Assembly (NCBI GenBank): GCA_964016885.1
Contig: OZ024743.1
Span: 20,832,001 to 20,896,000 of the forward strand
DNA: 64,000 nucleotides
Origin: Eledone cirrhosa
Lineage: Eukaryota
Direction of reading: 5' to 3'
Shown: one piece after another, positions 27,221 through 39,013 of the stretch
Layout of the letters: each line of letters begins with the position of its first letter
Position numbering within the stretch: the first letter of the stretch is position 1
Notes under the pieces: model-generated
The model's database searches: none
What the model was told of the DNA's origin: nothing
The model's input: only the letters and a program-made list of their open reading frames with translations
Made by a program: the position numbers and the translations under genes

Positions 27221-28224
27221 TTCTTTATTTGTTAAACGTTATTTATTTTTGTTTTTGTCAGTCAAGAGTGTGAAAAATATATAGCATATACAAGGGCAAA
27301 ACACAATAGCTATAGTAAGGAATCTATGAGCTAGTTGTGAGTAGTCAAGCCTCTTAACATCACTGTAATTATGCTGAATACGTATGTGTGTGAGTAATAG
27401 AATGCACCTGTTTCATTTGATGTATGTTCTCACTTTGAACCATTTCAAATGTGTCACTTCTTATAAATTTTGCCTCACAGTGTTCTGTAATATTTGTACT
27501 AAATCTGTAACCTGCATAAAGTAAAAATCTACAAAAGAAAGAGTAGGTTTCTTCTTCAGGTCCTGAGGAAAGTCTATCCTTAAAGAGCTGTTAACTTTCT
27601 TGATAATGAGAAAATGCTGAAGACCGAAGTATTAGTTACATATTAGGGGGTTGTACTTAGAATATAAAGATACATATCAAACTACATTCCACAAAATTCC
27701 ATCTAGTTGATAGACACTAAATTTCACCTGCAATTTATTATGCCTTATGTATTATGCCTTTTTTTTTCTAAGATTTCTCACCTGCTTAAGCTTCTCTGAA
27801 CTTACTAATTATATACAATACCAACCTAAGAACATTTCCAATTCCTCTCCCTCGACCCTGTAATAAATTCTATATACCTTATTTTATCTCTTAACTCTGT
27901 CCCAAGAGAACTCAGCATGAATAGCAAGTCCATTATTATTGATTTCTTCCTGTATAAACAACAGGCAAACTGTGTTGGAAAGCAGTAAAATCAATAACAT
28001 TTATCTCAGTGTATTGCTGGTAGCTATTATAGTAACCACAGAGAGATGAAACTCATACTCAAACCCAGTGGATTTGGTAATTCTCCATCATTCAAAATTA
28101 ATGAATATATTTCAATAATCTATCTTTGCAAACTATTAAAGTGAATAAAACCTGTGTTGCCTATTCAATGATACAATGTTTTTTTTTATTTAAAACTTTT
28201 CTCATGTGTGTGTTTGTGTAAATA

Positions 28225-31200
28225 TCATCATCATCATCATCATCATCACCGTTTTACGTCCGTTCTTCCACGCTAGCATGGGTTAGACGGGTTGTCCTGT
28301 TGTGTGTAGTGTCTGGTCGGCTGACCATGCCTTGCTCATACAGGAACTGATCTGGCTTGATTTCTACAGCTGGATGCCCTTCCTAACACCAACCTCATTT
28401 ACAGTGAGTGCTGGGTGCTTTTTCGTGGCGCCTACACGTCCGCTTTACAGTGTGGGCTGGGTGCTTTTTTGCCGTGGCACCTCCACGACCACCTTGCGGT
28501 GGGGTGTGTGGGGGCATATTGTTTATATGCTTCAGCATGTACCCATGGGAGGTCGGGTACTCTGTATTACTGCGTGACGCCAGAAGTCACGGTCGTGTGT
28601 CATTGTCTTTGAGAGGTGTAATTGGGTAAGGTCGGCTTTTATCACCTCATCCCAGGTCATCTTGGGTCTCCCCACTCCGCGGTTTCCATCAACTTCTAGT
28701 GCTCTGCACCTTTTTATGCAGCTGTCATCCTTCATACGCATCACATGTCCATACCAGCACAACCGCCTCTCCTGCACACAGCATTTGATTCCTCTTATGC
28801 TCAGTCTCTCTCTCAATTCATTTATGCTTTGTCGTTCACGTATATTACTGTTACACATCCATCGGAGCATGCAGGCTTCGTTTCTCTCTAATCTACGTAA
28901 GTCTTCCACCTTCAGCGCCCAGGTCTTACTACCATGCAACATCGCTGTTCGGATACACGCATCATACAGTCTGCCTTTCATTCTGAGGGAGAAGCCTTTT
29001 GCAGCTAGCAGTGGTAGTAGTTCCCTAAACTTCTTCCATCCCGTTCTTACCCTAGTTATTGTACTTTCTGAGCACCCACCTCCGTTGCTAATTCGGTCAC
29101 CTAGGTAGCAGAAGCTGTCTACTGTTTCTACAGGGCCCTCCCAGAGATTGGTGGTACTTGTTTCCTGTGGCTGTTTGCTTGCTGTTTCAGCACAGCTGCT
29201 GCATGTGAATCCTACATTCTTAATTAAGCTTCCTGAGATCCCGCTACATCTCTTGTGTACCCATTGTTTGCATTTGGGGCAGAGAATGGAGTTCCTACCT
29301 ACACCTTTCCTACATACTGAGCAAGGCCATTTCCCTGAGGGATCTGGGTTCTGTTTTCTCGTCTACTTACAAGGACCTTAGTCTTTGTCATGTTGACTTT
29401 GAGACCCTTTCTCTCTAGTCCCTGCTTCCAGGTTTGGAATTTATTCTCTAGTTCTATCATAGATTCAGCTATGAGTGCGAGGTCATCAGCATACAGGAGT
29501 TCCCATGGGCATCCGGTCTTAAATTCCTCCGTTATTGCCTGCAGGACTATGATGAACAGGAGAGGGCTAAGAACAGAGCCCTGGTGGACCCCAACCTGTA
29601 CGCTAAATTCCTCGCTATACTCATTGCTAATCCTAACTTTGCTGACTGCTCCCCTATACATGGCTTGTACCGCTTTCACAAACCATTCATCTACTCCTAG
29701 TTTTCTAAGAGCCCACCAGATTACAGCACGTGGAACTCTGTCAAAGGCTTTCTCAAGGTCGACAAATGCCAAGTAGAGTGGCTTACTTTTAGCTAGGTAC
29801 TTTTCCTGTAATTGCCTCACAAGGAAGAGGGCATCAGTGGTGCCTCTTCCTGGTACAAACCCAAATTGCTTCTCGTCTATATTCACCCGGTCCCTAATCA
29901 GCTGTGCTATAACTCTTTCTGTTACTTTCATGACCTGGTCCATCAACTTTATACCTCTAGTTTCCTCTATCTAGTGCGTCGCCTTTGCCTTTGTAGCAGT
30001 TGACAATGATGCTACTGCACCAATCTTTTGGTATGGCCCCTTCTAGTATTACCTGGTTAACGATACGTGTGGTTATAGTGTGACCTACAGACCCAGATGC
30101 CTTCAGCATCTCGGCAGCTATACCCGATGGACCGGTTGCCTTCCCCATCTTCATATCTCTGATTGCCTTACTTACTACGCTGCCGCTGACTTGTACTGCT
30201 GGTCCCTCTATAGGGTCTACTTGGGGTAGGGTCTCTTCTTCCCATGCATTCTCCTCATTTAGTAATCTATCATAATGACTCTTCCATGCATCTTTCTTCT
30301 CAGCACTTGTGAGGGCAAGCTCACCTTTATCATTCCGGATACACTTCTCTCCAATGACATCACAACTATCTCTGACACACTGCCTCGCAATCTTGAATAC
30401 CTCCTGTTTCTGGTCCTCACGTTGTAAAACATGCTTGAATTTTCTATCCTCTGCTTCCCTCCTAGCTAAGTATACTTGTCGCCTAGCTTCCCTCTTGGTC
30501 TCTATGTAATGTACCCTGCTCCACCCGTTCTTCCATTCTTTCCATGCCTGTCTCTTGGCCTTGACTGCTTCATCTACCTTATTGTTCCACCACCATGTCA
30601 CTCTCCTCCTGCTTGAGGTCTTACTCCAGCCACAGACCTCGTCCATCGCCTCTAGTAAATTATTTTTTAGGAACTCCCAGTTCTCTTCTACATTAAATGT
30701 CTCTATCTGTTCTTCTTTACTGTCGTAGGCATTGAGTAAAATATCTTTAAATCTGTTACTGGTTGAGGGGACTTTCAGCTTCCAGATCTTTCTTCTCCAG
30801 GTTGGCCTCTGTTTCAGGGCTCGTCTAGTTCTGACCGTGAGGTCGCTGACAACTAAGCTATGTTGGGATGTACATTCCTCACTAGGGAAGGCTTTTGTGT
30901 TTACGACCGTCCATCTGTCACGTCCTCTGATGAGGATAAAATCTAACTGACTAGAGTGCTCCCCTGATCTATAGGTGATCAGGTGGTTGTCGGGTTTTTT
31001 AAAGTTTGTGTTACATATTGACATGTCATTGGCGTCGCAGAATTCTAGAAGTCTGAATCCTTCCTCATTCCTTGTGCCAACTCCATGGCCTCCATGTACT
31101 CTATTGAAGCCGTCGCAGTGTTTACCTATGTGTCCGTTAAAATCTCCTGCGATGATTAGGAAGTCCTTGTCGTCTGTTAGAGCAGTAGTGTGTATTAGGG

Positions 31201-31527
31201 ACTCGTAAAACCTATCCTTAAGTTCGTCTGGCAGCCCCGATTGGGGTGCGTAAGCTGATATTATTGTGGTAATTGTCTTATTCAGGACTAGTCTGAGTTT
31301 AATGATTCTTGCATTTACCCTGTACACTGAGATTACTTTATCTACCCACTTGTCAGCTAATAGTATACCTACACCACCCACCCCATCGTCATTTCCCACC
31401 CAGAAAAATTTGTAGCACTGACTTTTTCCTACAAGGACTCTAGCAGACACTCCTCTCCATCTAGTCTCTTGCACACAGCATACATCAACTTCCTTTCGCT
31501 CTAGCATTTCTACGATTTCTCCTGCTC
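28225..31527 (-). mobile_element. RTE LINE family B, slightly 5'-truncated and frameshifted (APE + RT)
   Basis: ORFs 29957-31507 (CVQETRW, AGDFNGH), 29299-29946 (LEKAFD, QGSVLSP, YADD) and 28532-28981; (GAT)n tail. Confidence 0.95.
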
Positions 31528-31678
31528 ATATGTATGTACATATGCATACACACACATACATACATACATATGCATATATTAACATAAGTATATAAAAGCA
31601 CAAGCATATATATTTTATTCTTAATCAAGAGAAAAGTTCTAAAAAATATTGCTTCATTAAATCAACAATCTATATATA

Positions 31679-32087
31679 TATAGGAAAAAGTATGACCTCG
31701 ACGGCAGAGCTCAAGCCATTTCGACGGCTATTTCTGGACTCGGAAATAGCCGTCGAAACGGCTTGAGCTCTGCCGTTGGGGTTATATTTTTTCCTATTTC
31801 CCACTCTATTACCCTAAGTATTGAGTACTTTGGTGCGTTATGGTCCATCTGGTTCCTTAACACAATTCCTTTGTTATATATATATATATGTATATATATA
31901 TAACAAAGGAGTTGTGGTAAGGAACCAGATGGACCATAACGCACCAGAGTACTCAATACTTAGGGTAGTAGAGTGGGTAATAGGAAAAAGTATGACCCCA
32001 ACGGCAGAGCTCAAGCCATTTCGACAGCTGTTTCTGGACTGAAATAGCCGTCGAAACGGCTTGAGCTCTGCCGTCAGGATCATATTT

Positions 32088-32093
<6 letters not shown>
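31679..32093. mobile_element. Two fold-back pLTR fragments tail-to-tail in (TA)n (nested palindrome)
   Basis: Hairpins ~31679-31795 and ~31980-32093; mutually inverted tails around TA repeats; homologous to 46730-46872. Confidence 0.8.
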
Positions 32094-32138
<45 letters not shown>

Positions 32139-32509
32139 CATATGTATGTATATATATCATTAAAAGCACATGTGGGACATATAAAGGAAACAGAAAGCAT
32201 GGAGGGACAAGCAGATGGACAATTCCCTTTCATCAGCTGTCTTTTGGGAATCATTATAGTTTCAGATGCTGCCAAACAGGATTTTTCACCACCAGCACAT
32301 CAATATTGGCTAAAGAAAGATATCTTTTCAGAATGAAAACAACAGTGGAGGTTGGACAAAAAAACAAGGCAATATATCTACATACCAATATGGGACAGGA
32401 ATATTTAATGCAACACACAAATGTGGGTAGGTAACCATAATAGGAATAAAGAAATAATTACATGTTAATTTGAGCAATTGCCCTAAAACTAATTTTAATA
32501 CATACTATA

Positions 32510-32730
32510 CGTGTAGGCGCCACGAAAAAGCACCCAGCACTCACTGTAAATGAGGTTGGTGTTAGGAAGGGCATCCAGCTGTAGAAATCAAGCCAAATCA
32601 GTTCCTGTATGAGCAAGGCATGGTCAGCCGACCAGACACTGCCCACAACAGGACAACCCGTCTAACCCATGCTAGCGTGGAAGAACGGACGTAAAACGGT
32701 GATGATGATGATGATGATGATGATGATGAC
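32510..32730 (+). mobile_element. RTE family B 3' tip
   Basis: Reverse complement of 28225-28440; (GAT)n tail. Confidence 0.9.
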
Positions 32731-33273
32731 TATTGGGTGAAATGAATTGACCAAGTCAGTGGTCAAATTACAAAAGAATGTGACAGAGGCTTGATGGGAT
32801 AGGAAATATCTTTAACAATCAACTCATTTTCATTTATTGTTTTCTCAATTCAAATAGTGAAAAAGATAGTTACCCAGTATATTTCAACATGATATTGCAG
32901 GACAAATACCCTCTTTTCAATTGTGCATTGTGCATTTCCAATCTATCATTTATCTGAGTTTTTTTTTTATTTTCTGGTTGATAATAATGGTCACATTGAT
33001 TCTTAAATTGCCTTCATTCATTTCCACCCCCTATATGGTTGACCTCGATGCCTTGGCTGCACCGATAGACATTCTTTACATGTGACCTTGTAAACCACAT
33101 ATGCTCATATGCACACTTCTGCGCTGTTGGTGGGACAATTAGGAAGTGTTTACATATTGTTGTATGTAGATCAGTGTCTGTGGAGCAGATGGGGGTCTCG
33201 AGTGCACCAGCTGTATATTCAGGCCCTTATTATGGAAGGCTTGTCTGATGGCAGCTGTCATCTTCTCTTTGAA

Positions 33274-33304
<31 letters not shown>

Positions 33305-33309
33305 AAGGT

Positions 33310-33385
33310 ATATGACTAAGTGGTTCGAATATTGGGCTTGCAATTGAGAAGGTGTGAATTTGATTCCTGGATGTGCTGATGTGTT
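33310..33385 (+). mobile_element. Degenerate tRNA-SINE head
   Basis: Resembles 3723-3800 (A and B boxes). Confidence 0.5.
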
Positions 33386-33407
33386 ACATATATATATATA
33401 TATATAT

Positions 33408-33615
33408 AATGAAGGAGTTGTGGTAAGGAACCAGATGGACCATAACGCACCAGAGTACTTAATACTTAGGGTATTAGAGTGGGTAATAGGAAAATATGGG
33501 AAAATGTATGACCCCAATGGCAGAGCTCAAGCCATTTCGACAGCTATTTCAGTCCAGAAATAGCCGTCAAAACGGCTTGAGCTCTGCCATTGACGTCATA
33601 CATTTTCCCATATAT
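33408..33615 (-). mobile_element. Fold-back pLTR fragment of the 31679/45312 family
   Basis: Tail gaaggagttgtggtaaggaaccag..., then hairpin caatggcagagctcaagcc...ggcttgagctctgccattg; flanked by TA. Confidence 0.8.
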
Positions 33616-33616
33616 A

Positions 33617-36600
33617 TCATCATCATCATCATCATCATCATCAACGTTTAACGTCCATGTTCCACGCTTGCATGGGTTTGGACGGGGGTAGTCCCACTTG
33701 AGGCAAGAGTGATTGTCTTGCTCGCATAGGACTGTCTGGCAGGTTTTCTACAGTTGGATGCCCTTCCTAACACCAACCACATTTACAGTGTGGGTCTGGG
33801 AGGTTTTTACCGTGTTGCCTACACGGCCACATTACAGCGTGGACTGTGTGTTTTTTTGTCGTGACACCTACACGATCTCATTTGTTTCGGCCTGGCTGGC
33901 GCGGCACCAACATAACTTTACATAGAACGGGGTGGTGGTGGTGGGACGGGGTGTATTTTGTTAGAGATGCCTACTGGCTGGAGTAGGTTTTACTATATAT
34001 TTAGGTAAGGCGGGTCTTCTCTGTTACTGAGTACCGCCAAAGGTCTCGGTCCAGTGACATTGTCTTGGAGAGGTGTAAGTGTGTGAGGTCGGAGTTTATC
34101 AGCTCGTCCCAGGTTTTTCTAGGTCTGCCTATTCCGTGGCTACCGTCTATCTTTATTGTCCTGCACTTTGTTATACAGCTATCGACTTTCATGCGCATCA
34201 CGTGTCCATACCAACGTAGCCTTCTCTCGAGTAAACAACATCTGATCCCTCTTATCTCTAATTTTTTCCTTAGTTCGTTTATGCTTTGCCGTTCACGTAT
34301 ATTACTGTCACACATCCAGCGGAGCATGCAAGCTTCGTTCCTCTCTAGTCTGCGTATATCCTCTGCACACAATGCCCAGGTCTCACTGCCATGCAACATT
34401 GCTGTTCGTATGCAGGCATCGTACAACCTGCCTTTCATTTTTAGTTGAGAACCCTTTAGCAGCTAATAGTGGTATAAGCTCTCTGAACTTTTTCCAACCA
34501 GTTCTGACTCTAGCTACTGTACTTTCAGAGCACCCTCCCCCACTGCTGATTTTATCGCCCAGGTAACGGAAGCTGTCCACTATTTCTATAGAACCCTCTG
34601 CGCAATTGAAAGAGCTAGTATTTTGTGTGCACTTGCTGCTACTTATTGCACCAGAGCACCGGCCACATGTAAAATCTATGTTCTTAGTTAGCTTACCTGT
34701 GATCCCACTACATCTTTTATGCACCCATACTTTGCATTTAGGACATAAAATGGAGTTTCTACCTACGCCTTTCCTACACACCGAGCACGACCATTTCCCA
34801 GAAGGGACCGCCGCCTTGTTTTCTTTCCTACAAACTAGAACTTTAGTCTTAGCCCGGTTAATTTTAAGTCCTTTTGACTCTAGGCCGTGCTTCCATATTT
34901 GGAATTTCTTCTCTAGCTCGGCCATTGATTCCGCTATGAGTGTCAGGTCGTCTGCGTATAGGAGTTCCCATGGGCAGCCGGTCTTGAACTCCTCTGTTAT
35001 AGCCTGAAGGGCAATAATAAATAGTAGGGGGCTGAGAACAGAGCCCTGATGGACGCCAACTTTTACGCTAAACTCTTCACTATATTCGTTGTTAATTCTA
35101 ACCTTGCTGACTGTTTCTTTATTCATGGCTTGTATAGCCCTCACAAGCCATTCGTCAACGCCTAGTTTTCTAAGAGCCCACCAGATAATGGAGCGGGGGA
35201 CTCTGTCGAAGGCTTTCTCCAAGTCGACAAAAGCTAAGTAGAGGGGTTTACCTTTAGCTAGGTACTTCTCCTGTAGTTGTCGTACTATGAAAAGAGCGTC
35301 TGTGGTACTTTTGCCTGACACAAACCCGAACTGCATTTCAACTAGGTCAATTCTCTCTCTGATTAGTTGCGCTATTACTTTTTCCGTGACCTTCATGACC
35401 TGGTCGATTAATTTAATGCCTCTATAGTTACTCCTATCTAGGGCGTCTCCTTTACCCTTATAACAGTTAACGATGATGCTGCTATGCCAGTCCTTCGGAA
35501 CAACCCCATTCTGTACGACTTGGTTAACTATGCGGGTGACCATGGTGTGTTCCACCGTGCCAGATGCCTTCAGCATCTCAGCAACTATTTCCGAAGGCCC
35601 AGCCGCCTTACCCGTCTTCATATCCTTGATTGCCTTACTTATTATACTCCCCTCGACTAACACTGCTGGTCCCTCTATTGGGTCGATATGGGGGAGACTG
35701 TCTTTCTCCCATTTATTCTCCTCATTTAGTAGCCTTTCATAGTGACACTTCCAAGCTACCTTCTTATCAGCGTCGGTGATGGCAAGTGTGCCATCATCGT
35801 TTAGTACACACTTCTCCCCGACAATATCACGGTTTTCCTTGACGCATTGCCTAGCAATCCTGAACACCTCACGTTTTTGGTCCTCGCATTGTAGAACATG
35901 CTTGAACTTTCTTTCCTCAGCTTCCCTTCTTGCTAAGTACACTTGTCTCCTAGCTTCCCTCCTGGCCACTTGATAGTCTTCTCTACTTCCCCCATCCCGC
36001 CATACTTTCCAAGCCTGCTTTTTGGCCTTAATTGACCCCTCCACTTTACTGTTCCACCACCATGTTACTCTCCTCCTGCCTACAGGCCTGCTCCAGCCAC
36101 AGACTTCGTCTGTCGCCATCAGCAGGTTTGCTTTCAGAAATTCCCACTGTCCCTCTATATTGTCCGACTGTAAATGTTCTTCCTTACTGTCGAAAGCATC
36201 AAGTAATATGCTTTGAAATTTATTTCTGGCTGTGGGGTCCTTTAGCTTCCATATTTTTCTCCTGAGGATAGTCCTCTTTTGCTGTCGAGTATGTCTCGTC
36301 CTGACTATGAGGTCGCTAATTATCAGTCTATGTTGGGAGGTGCATTCTTCATGGGGGAGGGATTTAGTGTTTACGACAGACACTCTGTCACGTCTTCTGG
36401 TAAGGATATAATCTACCTGGCTTGTGTGTTCCCCGGATCTATAGGTGATCAGGTGATTGTCACGTTTTTTGAAGTTAGTGTTACAGATAGTTAGGTTATT
36501 TGCATCACAGAATTCCAGGATTCTGGAGCCTTCCTCATTTCTAGTACCAAACCCATAGCCTCCATGGATTTCGTCGTAGCCGTCACAATGTTGTCCAACG

Positions 36601-37305
36601 TGACCATTTAGGTCGCCTGCAATAATTATATAGTCACTGTCGGATATTTGGGAGGTAGTTAGCATCAGTGTCTCATAGAATCTGTCTTTTATAGTGCCGG
36701 GCAGTCCGGATTGGGGTGCGTACGCAGATATTACTGTCACCGTAGTTCTATTGAGGACAAGTCGTATTTTAATTATTCTGTCGTTCACTCTATTTACGTC
36801 TATTATCTTATCTGCCCACTTTTCTGCTACCATGATTCCTACTCCACCCAGCCCATCGTCGTTTCCCACCCAGAAAAGCTTATAACATCGTTTTTTACCC
36901 TCAATGAATCTAGCAGACCCACCCCTCCACCTGGTCTCTTGAATACAACATACATCGACCTCCTTACGTTCAAGCATTTCTACAACCTCGTTAGCGCGAC
37001 CCTTTAGGGTGCCTACATTTATGGTACCAACTCTGAAGTTTTGGATTGCGTTTGGAGGGTGGGGGCGGTGGGGGGCGGGGGGAGATGGGGTTATGTTAGC
37101 CATCCGCGGACGAAACAAAGAGGAGTGCTTGCATTCTCGTCCACGAGGTGAATTTGACTTTAACTTTGGCATTTTCGCTGAGCGTCCAGATTTTTCTCTC
37201 CCTTCCACTCTCCAGGATTCCGCAGTCCATCCATCCATCCATCATATATCGAAGGCAACCGGGCAAGCGAAAGTATAGGCCTCTGGCTTATGATTGGTCC
37301 GCGTA
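33617..37305 (-). mobile_element. Near-full-length RTE LINE family A
   Basis: Single APE-RT ORF, 3'UTR and (GAT)n tail; 5' boundary approximate. Confidence 0.95.
34001..37238 (-). pseudogene. RTE APE-endonuclease/reverse transcriptase polyprotein with one frameshift near 34440
   Basis: 951 aa ORF (GTINVGT, CIQETRW, GDLN, LEKAFD, QGSVLSP, YADD, C4HC3 finger) plus the 145 aa C-terminal ORF 34001-34438. Confidence 0.93.
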
Positions 37306-37996
37306 TTATATTTGAAAAAAAGGAAAAGAATTACTTCACTTGTAGTGTTAAAAATTTTTTGATTTCATGTTATATAATATTATAATATTATGAGTTGGTA
37401 GATCCAGTAAGTTCTTTGTTAACTTCGGTGGGAAGAATTTTAGAGATTCCTGGTTAACTTGGATTGGAGAACTTTCTCGCATTCGTCTGTCTGTGGCGAT
37501 TGTCAAACTGAGATCAGGTTGTGTTGAAATGTGTGACTATATATAAGAGAGAGAGTTGGATGTGTCTGAGGTGTGGCGTGTGGTGTTAATGAGTGTTGAT
37601 GATGATGAAGGTCCGGAGGAATTAAAGTATACTTACATATATATATACACTCAGAAAATGGGGAGGTTGTAAGATAAGGGTGTTTGAGAAGGTGGTGGTA
37701 AACATACTCTCCTGCTGATTTTATTTCATTAGCTGACCTTTGAGTATATAATGGCATAGCTGAATCAACTCTTCCAAATCAATAAAGAATATCTTCTACA
37801 AATTTCTATATCAAAGATGAATTTAGGTGCTTGTCTGGGTTTTAATGAGGTGTAAGATACATGTCTTTTGATAAGAATGGGATGACAGGAAAAAAGAAAA
37901 GAAGGATAGTTTGGGAACATTTGTCAAAGATGTGTTGTTGATATTGGTCTGGGAGAGGAAGTGTGGAGGGACATGCTGGCTCACATATTCACTTCC

Positions 37997-38803
37997 CTAT
38001 ATGTAAATATATCTACAGTCCATATATACTACATACAAACACATATATACATACATACATATATATATATACACACACATACGTACACATACACACACAT
38101 ATATACATATATACACACATATATATATACATACACATAAACATACCCATATATATACACACACACACACACATACATACATACACACACACACACATAT
38201 ATATACACACACACATTTTATATATATTTTATACACATATACACATACCATATATATATATATATATATACACCATACACATATACATATTATACAAACA
38301 CATATATATATATTTATATATATATACACACACATACACACATATATGTATATATATATACATACATATACACATATATATATATATCTTATACACATGT
38401 ACACATACACACTAAACATACATATATATTATACATATCTTGTACATACAGATATACACATATATATATCTCACATACACACAAATATATATTTTCTACA
38501 TACATACATATATATACATATATATATGCACACATATATATACATACATATATATATATATCCCATACATACGTATACATATATTTCAAACACATACATA
38601 TATATACACACCACATATATACACATATATTTTTTCTACATACATATATATCCTATACACACCCCATATATATATTTTTTACACATATACCATACATACA
38701 TATATATCCTATAGATATACCACACATATATCATATACATCCTATATATACACTATACATATCCTACATACATATTATATATATCTCCCACATATATACA
38801 CAC

Positions 38804-38843
<40 letters not shown>

Positions 38844-39010
38844 CCCATACACACACATATATTTTATGCATACATACACACACATATATACACACACATA
38901 TATACATACACACACACCACACCTACATATACACATATATATATTCTACACATTTTATATACACATACATACACATACATATTTTCCATATATACACATT
39001 TTATACCTCC
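37997..39010. repeat. Degenerate (TA/CA)n low-complexity tract
   Basis: Seen directly. Confidence 0.95.
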
Positions 39011-39013
39011 TCA

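Noticed and set aside
27550-27600. Next VKR-like exon after an acceptor-like cttcttcag
   Set aside because: The required phase-0 frame stops after 7 codons and shows no similarity
32225-32270. Permuted hammerhead on the - strand (GAAAC...CTGATGA)
   Set aside because: Stems I and III could not be paired convincingly
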